Part shown: positions 1 through 7,683 of the stretch, piece by piece
Layout: each line of letters begins with the position of its first letter
Numbering within the stretch: position 1 is the first letter of the stretch
Source of the DNA: a virus
Taxonomy: Duplodnaviria; Caudoviricetes
Strand: one strand, 5' to 3'
Virus record (IMG/VR): IMGVR_UViG_3300012942_000073
Span: 1-42,842 of that record
DNA: 42,842 nt
Program-made: the position numbers and the translations under genes
Notes under the pieces: generated by a model
Told to the model about the DNA's origin: nothing
Seen by the model: only the letters and a program-made list of their open reading frames with translations
Databases searched by the model: none

Positions 1-9
1 ATGGCGCCC
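1..9. repeat. att core, left copy (ATGGCGCCC)
   Basis: Identical to 42834-42842. Joining the ends gives an imperfect inverted repeat GTGCAGAGTAGACAAACATGG-CGCC-CCATGCTTGCCTCACTGCGCAC, typical of a serine-integrase attP. Confidence 0.75.
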
Positions 10-104
10 CATGCTTGCCTCACTGCGCACAATTTCAGTCCGGGTTTCGGTCCCGCATTCGCTGGCGCTGGTGAGGGGGTGCCCGCGTCGTGTGAGGGGC
101 GTGG

Positions 105-899
105 CTACTTGCGCCGGCGGTGCAGGCTCTCGATGAGTTGGATGATCGCGGCCTGGTCTTCGGGGCTGAGCTGCGGCAACTGCTCTGCGATGTCCCTGGG
201 GCGCTCGATGACGTAATGGCTGGAGTTCTCGGCGATGGTTCTGGCGAGCAGATTCGGCAGATCGTCGGGTGAGCGGACCGGGCGCAGCGCATCGCTCTGG
301 GCGGCGTCGGAGAGTTTCGAGAAGAACTCGGTGTTGCCCATGTAGCCGGAGACCAGTCGACTCCAGTCCGTGCGCGGCATATGCAGGACGGAGATGTGTC
401 CGTGGGTCACGGCGATCTCGCGGAAGGCGCCCATGGTCGCGCGCCACGGTTCGCCGCCGGCGATGACGCAGGTGGCGTTGTACTGGTACTTCTGCTGGCG
501 CTGGCCCTCGCGCGAGGTGCTGACGTGCACGGACACCAGGGGCTGGTAGGCCACCAGGCATAGATCGGCGGCGCACAGGCACAGCACGAAAAACGCTTCG
601 TGCTCGGAGCGCTGCATGCCCAGCAGCTGCTGCGCCGCCGCCTCGTCATCCAGCCGCAATACCAGGAACGGCGGCCCCAGCCCCGTATGCAGCCAACTGG
701 CGGAAAGGCGCTCGATAAGGATGGCGGGCGTCAGGCGTTCCAGATCCGGGGTATTCCCTTGCCACAGTCGGTGGGCCGATCCGTTGCTGAGCAATACGCT
801 CCGCGCCCACTCGCGCAAGCTGCGCCCGCGTAGCACGTGGTCGTGCAACCGCTGTGCTAGCGGGTTGTCAGGGGTCAGCTCGGAAGGTTGTCTGGACAC
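105..899 (-). CDS. CI-like phage repressor (N-terminal HTH); start uncertain (GTG 899, ORF track extends to 968)
   Basis: The only convincing minus-strand gene, divergent from the early operon. HTH-like segment RSLREWARSVLLSNGSAHRLWQGNTP...LSASWLHTGLGPPF. Confidence 0.65.
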   Translation of the reverse strand: MSRQPSELTPDNPLAQRLHDHVLRGRSLREWARSVLLSNGSAHRLWQGNTPDLERLTPAILIERLSASWLHTGLGPPFLVLRLDDEAAAQQLLGMQRSEHEAFFVLCLCAADLCLVAYQPLVSVHVSTSREGQRQQKYQYNATCVIAGGEPWRATMGAFREIAVTHGHISVLHMPRTDWSRLVSGYMGNTEFFSKLSDAAQSDALRPVRSPDDLPNLLARTIAENSSHYVIERPRDIAEQLPQLSPEDQAAIIQLIESLHRRRK

Positions 900-907
900 T
901 TGCAATC

Positions 908-1029
908 GTCCCGAATGTGGGGCAGTATGCTTGCACGCGCCCCGGATATGGGGCACACATAACGGCACATAACCATGGCGAAGCAGAGAAGCATACAGGC
1001 GCCCAAGAAAACTGCCCCAGAACGGGGGC
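908..1029. promoter_or_regulatory. Three 16-bp palindromic operators GCCCC-N6-GGGGC
   Basis: GTCCCGAATGTGGGGC 908-923, GCCCCGGATATGGGGC 939-954 and GCCCCAGAACGGGGGC 1014-1029 lie in and next to the divergent intergenic region. Confidence 0.6.
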
Positions 1030-1157
1030 GCATTTCCCTCCTGGTACCCGGTGACGTGCGCCGCCGCCTGATCGAGCTGGCGCAGCGCGAGCGCCGCACG
1101 CTGAACGGCCAGGTGGAAGTGATGCTGGTGCGGGCGCTGGAGGCGGAAGCCGCCTGA
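975..1157 (+). CDS. Arc/Mnt-like ribbon-helix-helix DNA-binding protein (Cro-equivalent position)
   Basis: ISLLVPGDVRRRLIELAQRERRTLNGQVEVMLVRAL fits the Arc-family pattern. Confidence 0.8.
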   Translation: MAKQRSIQAPKKTAPERGRISLLVPGDVRRRLIELAQRERRTLNGQVEVMLVRALEAEAA

Positions 1158-1197
1158 TGGTTTGAGGGTGTCGCGATCGTTGCAGCGATCGCGCCTC

Positions 1198-1240
1198 TAG
1201 AAAGAAAGAGGCCCCGGACGGTTGCAGCCGTGCCGGGGCC
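1198..1240 (-). terminator. Probable minus-strand intrinsic terminator
   Basis: GC-rich hairpin 1210-1240 (GGCCCCGG...CCGGGGCC) followed on the minus strand by CTCTTTCTTTCT. Confidence 0.4.
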
Positions 1241-1366
1241 GGGTGAGGAGCTCGGCAATTGGCATGCGGGAGTCCTCGCTGGGCAGTGTAGCCGCTGGCT
1301 GACTGCAGGCGAAGGGTAGCCGGGTTCCTCGATGGGTGTTTGTGACATCGCATCGAGGGTTCACAG

Positions 1367-1849
1367 ATGGATGACGAGCTGTTCGGCTCGGTCGAGCAGG
1401 CCATTCACGACACGGTGGCCGGCTACGTCGACCCGGTGACGCGCCGCCGCGGCGCCACGGCGCTGGCGCCGAAGGTGGGCATGCTGCCCGCCACGTTGAG
1501 CAACAAGGCCAACCCCCTGCAGGACCATCAGTTGGCCCTGCTGGAATCCATTCCCGTGCAGCTGGTGGCGGACGACTACCGCATCCTGCACGCCTACAAC
1601 GCCACGCTCGGGCACGTCGGCTACCGCCTGCCCGACAACGTGTCGCAGCTCAGCGACGTCGGGCTGCTTGACCAGTACGCCAACCTGCACGCCGAGCTGG
1701 GCCGCATGGCCGCCACTATCCGTTCCGCCCTGAGTGACGGATCGATCACTTCCGAGGAGGTTCGCCAGGTGCGCGCCGCGTTCGACGCGTCCGCGCGCGC
1801 CGGCCTGGGCCTTCTTGCCCGTTTGGAGGCGCTGGTCGATGACCGTTGA
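1367..1849 (+). CDS. Phage regulatory CII family protein (P2/186-like)
   Basis: GATALAPKVGM...TLSNKANP...HQL HTH plus C-terminal ALSDGSITSEEV motif. Confidence 0.8.
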   Translation: MDDELFGSVEQAIHDTVAGYVDPVTRRRGATALAPKVGMLPATLSNKANPLQDHQLALLESIPVQLVADDYRILHAYNATLGHVGYRLPDNVSQLSDVGLLDQYANLHAELGRMAATIRSALSDGSITSEEVRQVRAAFDASARAGLGLLARLEALVDDR

Positions 1850-2045
1850 GCGCCAGTGCAGCCGCCGGCAGGCACTCCCCCCGCCTGCCGGGCTGGAACG
1901 CATCCGCGAAGCCCCCCTGTCTCGCGGTATGCCGCTGGCGCCGGCCGGCGTCGGCCAGTGCCTCCACTCACTGTTTCGCGACGAGCTGCTGGCTTGGCGC
2001 CAGCGGCGCGCCGACTCCCCTGCCAAGGAGGTGTCCCATGCATGA
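1839..2045 (+). CDS. Hypothetical early protein
   Basis: ATG overlaps the CII end and the ORF chains to the next gene. Confidence 0.4.
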   Translation: MTVERQCSRRQALPPPAGLERIREAPLSRGMPLAPAGVGQCLHSLFRDELLAWRQRRADSPAKEVSHA

Positions 2046-2394
2046 GCCCGCTGCCCGGGTCATGTTCCAGTTGGTGAACTGCCGTTACCCGGTCCCGCCG
2101 CCCTCGCGTCGCCGCCGCGTACTGGTGCGCGTGGGCGAGCGCCTGCGCTTTGCCACCGGCCTGCAGATGGACGTCCAGGCCGATCCGGCCGTGGGCGGCC
2201 ACGAGCTGCGCATGGTGTGGTCGCACCGCGATGCCACGTTGGTGGCACTGACCGCCTACGAGCCGGTGACGCTGGGCCGGCAGCGCATCGTACTGCGCGC
2301 CATCGCCACGGTGGCCGGCCGGCCGGTGGCCGTAGTCGCCGAGGTCGAGCAACTCGGCCTTTGCCGCCCCGCGGTGATCGAGGTGGCGTCGTGA
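2038..2394 (+). CDS. Hypothetical early protein
   Basis: AAGGAGG RBS before ATG 2038; GC3-rich codons. Confidence 0.6.
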   Translation: MHEPAARVMFQLVNCRYPVPPPSRRRRVLVRVGERLRFATGLQMDVQADPAVGGHELRMVWSHRDATLVALTAYEPVTLGRQRIVLRAIATVAGRPVAVVAEVEQLGLCRPAVIEVAS

Positions 2395-2780
2395 CCGGCC
2401 ACGTCTTCCTGCGGCACCTCGACAGCGATGACGGCGAGTTGGAGGTGACGGCGCTCCCGCGCGGCCCGATCGCCATCCATTCCGGCGGCTTCCAACTGAT
2501 CCTGCAGGCCAATGAAGGGCGCGCCCTGGTCCTGGCTGGCATGCAGTGCATGCATGCCGATGATGACGCGGAGCCGTTTCATGTTGCCTTGCTGGCCGGG
2601 AACGCGCTCGAGGTCGATGCGACCCGGAAGTCCGTGGACCCGCGGCTCTGGATCAGCAGCGAAGCCGCCCATTTGTCGGTGCGCTACGGCACCGCGCGGG
2701 CACTGTTCGCCGCGATTTCCGAAGCCTGCAAATGGCTGCGCAAGCATGACCTGCATGCAGGGGAGGGCGGTCGATGCTGA
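2391..2780 (+). CDS. Hypothetical early protein
   Basis: GTGA overlap with the previous gene and GAGG RBS. Confidence 0.6.
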   Translation: MTGHVFLRHLDSDDGELEVTALPRGPIAIHSGGFQLILQANEGRALVLAGMQCMHADDDAEPFHVALLAGNALEVDATRKSVDPRLWISSEAAHLSVRYGTARALFAAISEACKWLRKHDLHAGEGGRC

Positions 2781-3391
2781 ATGCCATCACCCAGCGCCAG
2801 GTCTTCGATCGCTACCTGACCGAGGCCGAGGAGAAGCAATTGCTGGCGCACGTGCGCCGCTCCGCCGACATCCTGGCACGCCGTGATGCCGCCTGGATCG
2901 AGCTGCTGCGCCAGACCGGGCTGCGGATCACCAGCATGGCCAACGTCACCGTGGGCGACGCCCAGGCCGCGCTGCGTGGCAAGCACCTGGTGGTGCGGCC
3001 CGAGCATGCAAAGGGTGGCCGGGGCTATGAGGTGTTCCTCAACAGCCGCGCGCGCGAGAACCTGCGCACGCTGCTCAAGGTACGCGCCGCCATGGGCTAC
3101 GGCCCGCACCCCGATGCCCCGCTGGTCATGAGCCGGAACCATCGCGGCATGAGCGTACGCAGCTACCAGTCGCGCATGGCCATGTGGTGCAACGAGGCCG
3201 GCCTGCAGGTAGCCGCCAGTCCGCACTGGCTGAGGCATACCTTGGCGAAGCGCGTAATGGCGCGCAGCGAGGCGCGCGATCCGCAGGGCATCGTGCAGGT
3301 GGCGCTGGGCCACCGCCACCGCGACAGCACCGTGATCTATACGCTGCCGGACCGCGAGGACATCGAGTCCGCCATGGAGCTGGCCCGGTGA
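2774..3391 (+). CDS. Small tyrosine recombinase (205 aa, catalytic domain only)
   Basis: TGLRI (R), HAKGG (K), HWLRH (HxxR), LGH and IYT (Y) motifs; no N-terminal core-binding domain. Confidence 0.85.
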   Translation: MLNAITQRQVFDRYLTEAEEKQLLAHVRRSADILARRDAAWIELLRQTGLRITSMANVTVGDAQAALRGKHLVVRPEHAKGGRGYEVFLNSRARENLRTLLKVRAAMGYGPHPDAPLVMSRNHRGMSVRSYQSRMAMWCNEAGLQVAASPHWLRHTLAKRVMARSEARDPQGIVQVALGHRHRDSTVIYTLPDREDIESAMELAR

Positions 3392-3552
3392 ACGCGGTAG
3401 CCCAGCCCGCCTCGCACAGCCCATGGCGCACCTGCCGCAAATGCGGCCGGATGAAGCGCGAGCATGACATGACCTCGCGCCGCACGCCGGTGGGCGGCCG
3501 CATCTTCCTGTGCCTGCGCTGCGCCACGCCGCGCAAGCCGGAGCGTCGCTGA
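3388..3552 (+). CDS. Small zinc-finger protein
   Basis: CRKC...CLRC; GTGA overlap. Confidence 0.55.
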   Translation: MNAVAQPASHSPWRTCRKCGRMKREHDMTSRRTPVGGRIFLCLRCATPRKPERR

Positions 3553-3827
3553 TGGCCCGCCCCGACCAGCCGGTGCCCTACCGCAGCTACCTGAAACCCG
3601 GCCAGGTGCTGCCGCCGCCAGTGATCCCGCCCGCCGTGGTGGCGCTGGCCGATCTGACTCCTGCCCGCAAGCGCGCGCTGTGGGACTGGATGCAGGCCCA
3701 CGATCCGGAGACAGCCACCTACCTGCAGGGGCTGAAAGCCGATCCCGCGCTGGCCGAGCTGGAAGCCGCCTTTGGCGCCGTGCGGCCGGTGGTCAACCTG
3801 GACTACATCCGGAGGGCCATCGGATGA
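3552..3827 (+). CDS. Hypothetical protein
   Basis: TGATG overlap; codon usage. Confidence 0.6.
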   Translation: MARPDQPVPYRSYLKPGQVLPPPVIPPAVVALADLTPARKRALWDWMQAHDPETATYLQGLKADPALAELEAAFGAVRPVVNLDYIRRAIG

Positions 3828-4042
3828 CCCGCCGCACCGAAGAGCAGAAAGCCGCCCGCATCCGCGCCGAGATGATCGTGCTGCGCCGGCTGAGCACCAG
3901 CCGCATCGCCCGCATCACCACGACCTGCCCGCTCTGCCATGCCCCGCTGGAAGCCTTTGTCCTGAGCCGCGGCACCCGCGGCGAGGTCGAGCGCAGCCGC
4001 GGCCGCTGCAGCACTCCCGCCTGCCTGGAATGGACGTCATGA
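3824..4042 (+). CDS. Small Cys-rich (zinc-ribbon-like) protein
   Basis: CPLC...CSTPAC; GGAGG RBS and ATGA overlap. Confidence 0.6.
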   Translation: MTRRTEEQKAARIRAEMIVLRRLSTSRIARITTTCPLCHAPLEAFVLSRGTRGEVERSRGRCSTPACLEWTS

Positions 4043-4503
4043 CCCGCTATGCCGCCGACACCAGCGTGAGCAGCGACCGCTCGCGCGCCGAGATCGAGAA
4101 CACCCTGCGCCGCTACGGCGCCGACCGCTTCGCCTATATGAGTGCCCGCGACCATGCGGTGATTGGCTTCGAAGCGAACGGCCGACGCATCCGCTTCGAA
4201 CTCCCCATGCCGGATCCCGCATCCCGCGAGTTCACGCATACGCCAGAGAAGCGCATGCGTCGCAGCACTGGCCAGGCTGAGGCTGCCTGGGAGCAGGCTT
4301 GCCGCCAGCGTTGGCGCGCCCTGGCGCTATGCGTGAAGGCAAAGCTGGAGGCAGTCGCTGCCGGCATCACCACGTTCGAGGACGAGTTCCTGGCGCACAT
4401 CGTGCTGCCCGACGGCACCACGGTCGCTGAGCGGGCCCTGCCGGCCGTCGCCGAGGCCTACGCCAGCGGACGCATGCCGCCCATGCTCGGTTTCGGAGGC
4501 TGA
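4039..4503 (+). CDS. Conserved phage hypothetical protein
   Basis: MTRYAADTSVSSDRSRAEIE...WRALAL.VKAKLEAV..GI.TFEDEFLAHIVLPDG, a recurrent phage family of unknown function. Confidence 0.75.
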   Translation: MTRYAADTSVSSDRSRAEIENTLRRYGADRFAYMSARDHAVIGFEANGRRIRFELPMPDPASREFTHTPEKRMRRSTGQAEAAWEQACRQRWRALALCVKAKLEAVAAGITTFEDEFLAHIVLPDGTTVAERALPAVAEAYASGRMPPMLGFGG

Positions 4504-4507
4504 TGCA

Positions 4508-5140
4508 ATGAAAATCATCTGTTGCCTGTTGCTGCTGTTGGGCTCCATCTACCTGGTGGAGGCATTCTCCGCCTCGGGGCATGACGCCATCGCCACCAGC
4601 TATTGCTTCGTTGCCCTTGCATGCCTGCTGATGTTCGTGCTGGCCGTGGACCATGCAGTGTCCCGCTTGCCCGACGCGATCATCCGCCGTGCCATGCGCA
4701 CGCCCTACACGCACCTGCAGGGCTATATGGAGCGCTTCTGGTTCATCCGCATCGGCCAGCGCGGCGGTGGCCAGAGCGGCTACTACCCGCTGATCGGCGC
4801 GCGCGTGCACCACATCCTTCGCAGCGACGATGACCGGCATTTCCACGACCACCCGTGGCCCTACCTGACGATCATCCTGCGCGGCGGCTACTGGGAAGTG
4901 CGGCCGATCTTCACGAACGGGCAGCCCACCGGCGAGCAGCGCGAATGGCATGGCCCGGGCCGCATCCTGCTGCGTCGCGCGGGCAGTTGGTACCGCCTCG
5001 AACTGCCCGCGGGAAAGACCGCGTGGACGCTGTTCTGCACCGGCCCGAAGGTGCAGCCGTGGGGCTTCCTGGTCGGCGACCGCAAGGTGTATTGGCGCGA
5101 TTACCTGGGCGTGCCGGCCGGCGTGGGCGTGGAGGATTGA
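4508..5140 (+). CDS. Cupin-like protein with N-terminal hydrophobic segments
   Basis: HHILRSDDDRHFHDHPW.YLTIILRGGYWE cupin motif; two hydrophobic stretches at the N-terminus. Confidence 0.7.
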   Translation: MKIICCLLLLLGSIYLVEAFSASGHDAIATSYCFVALACLLMFVLAVDHAVSRLPDAIIRRAMRTPYTHLQGYMERFWFIRIGQRGGGQSGYYPLIGARVHHILRSDDDRHFHDHPWPYLTIILRGGYWEVRPIFTNGQPTGEQREWHGPGRILLRRAGSWYRLELPAGKTAWTLFCTGPKVQPWGFLVGDRKVYWRDYLGVPAGVGVED

Positions 5141-5143
5141 GCC

Positions 5144-5348
5144 ATGCCCGAGATCCATGCCGGTGATCGCTTCGTGCGTACCTATCGTCGTCGCTTCAGT
5201 CGCTTCGAATGCCGCGCCATCCAGACGGATGCCTTCGATCCGCAGGGGGGGGGTAGCGCTATTCCGTTGGGAGGCCTCCGGCTTCGAGCGCCTGGTGCCG
5301 CTGTGCAAGCTGGACTGCTTCCTGAAAACCGCGCGGCTGGAGACCTGA
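5144..5348 (+). pseudogene. Small gene apparently frameshifted at a G9 tract (5245-5253)
   Basis: After the tract, GC3-rich codons continue in another frame (VALFRWEASGFERLVPLCKLDCFLKTARLET*). G8 would restore a 67-aa ORF. Confidence 0.5.
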
Positions 5349-5352
5349 TGCC

Positions 5353-5676
5353 ATGACTGCGCGCGTACAGCAGTTCAGCCTGTTCGGCGGCCAGCCGGGG
5401 CGCCCGCGCGAGGCGCGCTCGCCGCGCCCGTCCAAGGCCATGGGCTATGCCGCGCCGCCGGGCAGCGGACCCGCCGGCGAAACCTGCGGCACCTGCGCGC
5501 ACTGCCGCCTGCGCACCATCCGCGGCGAACGCCGCGTCTACAAATGCCGGCTGCTGCAAGGCCGCTGGACTTTCGACCGAACTACCGACGTGCGCCTGCG
5601 CTCGCCGGCCTGCGCGAAATGGCAGGCCGGCGCGCCGCGCACCACCACGATCAAGGGGAATGCCGATGTCGATTGA
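5353..5676 (+). CDS. Cys-rich phage hypothetical protein
   Basis: GYAAPPGSGPAGETCGTCAHC...YKC...PAC. Confidence 0.7.
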   Translation: MTARVQQFSLFGGQPGRPREARSPRPSKAMGYAAPPGSGPAGETCGTCAHCRLRTIRGERRVYKCRLLQGRWTFDRTTDVRLRSPACAKWQAGAPRTTTIKGNADVD

Positions 5677-6178
5677 CTTTGAGGGGCTGTACCAGGATGG
5701 CGGCCGCATCGGGAAGCTGTTCTATCTCCCGGGCGCGCTGGTCGATTGCGAGGGCGTGCCCGATGCGTTGGAGGAGTTCTTCACGGACTGGGCGACGGAA
5801 GAGGGCGTCATCATTGCCTTCACGCCGTCGTGGCCGGACTATCGGCTCTTCGTCGAAGGCATCGTCAAGGATTGGCGCGAAGAACGCGAGGATGACCGCT
5901 GCGGTGCCGACCGGGCCTATCTCTACGAGATGGCGTACCTGTTTGCGCGACGGTCCCCGAAGCCATTCCTGGCCCAGGTCGATTTCCAGATCAAGAGCTA
6001 CCACCGCGCGGACCCGAAAGGTGTCGGCCTGGGCAGCTTCAGCTCCGGCTGGGGCTACTACGGCATGCGCTGGATCCTCGGCGATTCCATCGATGACGTG
6101 ATGCGGCACGCCTGCGCGATCGCCCGCGAGGAAACCGAGAAGGCCTGGCGCAATGCGTTGCCGAAGGAAAAGGCATGA
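5666..6178 (+). CDS. Hypothetical protein
   Basis: AAGGGG RBS; coherent codon usage. Confidence 0.65.
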   Translation: MSIDFEGLYQDGGRIGKLFYLPGALVDCEGVPDALEEFFTDWATEEGVIIAFTPSWPDYRLFVEGIVKDWREEREDDRCGADRAYLYEMAYLFARRSPKPFLAQVDFQIKSYHRADPKGVGLGSFSSGWGYYGMRWILGDSIDDVMRHACAIAREETEKAWRNALPKEKA

Positions 6179-6450
6179 GCGCGCCGAAAATGGATGTGCA
6201 TGCACTCGATCGCGCTGAATTGCGGGCGTTTCGCGCACAGTTGCGCGACATCCATTCGCTTGGCGTTTCGATTGACCGTCTGCTCGCGCGTGATGCCGCC
6301 ATTGTCGAGCTGATCGAAACCCTGGACTGCTGCGAGCGCTGGTTCGCTCGGCACGCTCCAACCGCCTCACTGATCACGGGCGACCATGCCGAGCATCCGA
6401 TGTTGACCTGCATCCGCGCGGCTCTCGCCCATGTGGGCGGTGCCTCATGA
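6175..6450 (+). CDS. Hypothetical protein
   Basis: ATGA overlaps at both ends. Confidence 0.55.
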   Translation: MSAPKMDVHALDRAELRAFRAQLRDIHSLGVSIDRLLARDAAIVELIETLDCCERWFARHAPTASLITGDHAEHPMLTCIRAALAHVGGAS

Positions 6451-6551
6451 CCTTGCTTGCTTTCGCCTTCGGCCTCTTCATTGGCGGCGTCCTGGGCGCG
6501 TCCGTGCTGGCGATCCTCGCGCTCCGCGACATGGAGCGCTCCCGGTCATGA
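6447..6551 (+). CDS. 34-aa single-TM membrane peptide
   Basis: MTLLAFAFGLFIGGVLGASVLAILALRDMERSRS with ATGA overlaps at both ends; too short for the ORF track. Confidence 0.6.
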   Translation: MTLLAFAFGLFIGGVLGASVLAILALRDMERSRS

Positions 6552-6784
6552 CGACATCCAAGGCCTGCACCGCCTGCCGCTATCACCTGGCCGAGCCCTG
6601 CTGCGGCAGCGTGCTGCACCTCTGCACGGTCCGCCATGCGCTGGACTACGAGCCGGATCCCGACGAGACACCCTCCGAGACGGAAGAGCATGAAGCCAAT
6701 TTCCTCGGCTGGGATTGCGACCGCGCGCGCCGGATGGGCGAGCTATGCGGCCCGGCCGGCAGCCTGTGGAAGGCGAAACCATGA
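6548..6784 (+). CDS. Cys-rich hypothetical protein
   Basis: CTAC...C...CDRAR...CGPAGSLWKAK. Confidence 0.6.
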   Translation: MTTSKACTACRYHLAEPCCGSVLHLCTVRHALDYEPDPDETPSETEEHEANFLGWDCDRARRMGELCGPAGSLWKAKP

Positions 6785-7116
6785 CGGTCTACGTCGACCC
6801 ACTGCATGCCTGGGGCTGGCGACTGCGCGGCCGCGAGACGCCGAGCTGCCACATGTTTACCGACACCCCCGAACTGGACGAGCTGCATGTGCTGGCGGCG
6901 CGCATCGGCATGAAACGTACCTGGTTCCAGCCGCATCGATTGGCGCCGCACTACGACCTGACCCCAAGCCGCCGGGCCGCGGCTGTCGCTGCCGGTGCCG
7001 TCGAGGTTGATCGGCGCCGTGCCGTGGAGATCTGGCGCGGACGTCTCACGCGCATCGGCGCCGAGCAATACCGAGTGTGGCCCGATGGCCATGTGCGCAA
7101 AGGAGTCCCGGAATGA
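6781..7116 (+). CDS. DUF4031 family protein
   Basis: MTVYVD...CHMFTD..DELH.LAARIGMKR.WFQ...HYDL...RAAAVAAGAVEV. Confidence 0.85.
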   Translation: MTVYVDPLHAWGWRLRGRETPSCHMFTDTPELDELHVLAARIGMKRTWFQPHRLAPHYDLTPSRRAAAVAAGAVEVDRRRAVEIWRGRLTRIGAEQYRVWPDGHVRKGVPE

Positions 7117-7538
7117 CCAAGATCACCCATCGATTCCCCAACCTGGTCTGGGCGATCAAGGTCGCCATCCTGAACGATTGGCCCGTTCGGGACTTCACGC
7201 AATGGACGCAGGATTACCTGCAGCACGGCGATCGATGCTCCGTTCAGATCGGTGCATTCACGGACGCCATTGCCTGTCGCCTGGGTGTATCGAAAGCGTG
7301 CGCGCGCCGCTGGCTGCATGCCGCCGAAAAAGCCGGCCTGGTGCTGTCGAACCCGTGCCGCGGCGGCTGTACGCGCTGGTGGCTCGTCGGATTCGCCGAC
7401 TACCTGCTGCAACACATGAAGCGCCCCCAGCGTTGCCGCGTCTGCGGCTGCACCAATGAACAAGCCTGCCCGGGCGGATGCTACTGGATCGAATGCGACC
7501 TGTGCAGCGCTTGCGCTGGCTCGGAGCTGCCGTTTTGA
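7113..7538 (+). CDS. Hypothetical protein, possible winged HTH plus C-terminal Cys-rich domain
   Basis: IACRLGVSKACARRWLHAAEKAGLV and CRVCGCT...ACPGGCYW...DLCSAC. Confidence 0.6.
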   Translation: MTKITHRFPNLVWAIKVAILNDWPVRDFTQWTQDYLQHGDRCSVQIGAFTDAIACRLGVSKACARRWLHAAEKAGLVLSNPCRGGCTRWWLVGFADYLLQHMKRPQRCRVCGCTNEQACPGGCYWIECDLCSACAGSELPF

Positions 7539-7683
7539 ACGCCCGCCACGGCAAGCGTATTCGCCGCGGCTCGCTGCCCGAGCGACTGGAATAGATCCCC
7601 CGGCGAGGGCGGCGCACGCAGGACGGCCCGCGCGTGGTCGACCGCCCATCCGCGCATCTTCACCCTGCAAAACGTGGCGGAAC

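Noticed and set aside
1-216. ORF 1..216
   Set aside because: Starts in the att core and overlaps the repressor in antisense; the meaningful frame is the integrase read-through frame starting at base 2.
1409-1416. GACACGGT as a sixth promoter copy
   Set aside because: Lies inside CII with no TTGA at the required spacing.
7456-7683. N-terminal extension of the primase given by the ORF track
   Set aside because: Low-complexity Arg/Pro sequence overlapping the upstream gene; the domain begins at ATG 7684.
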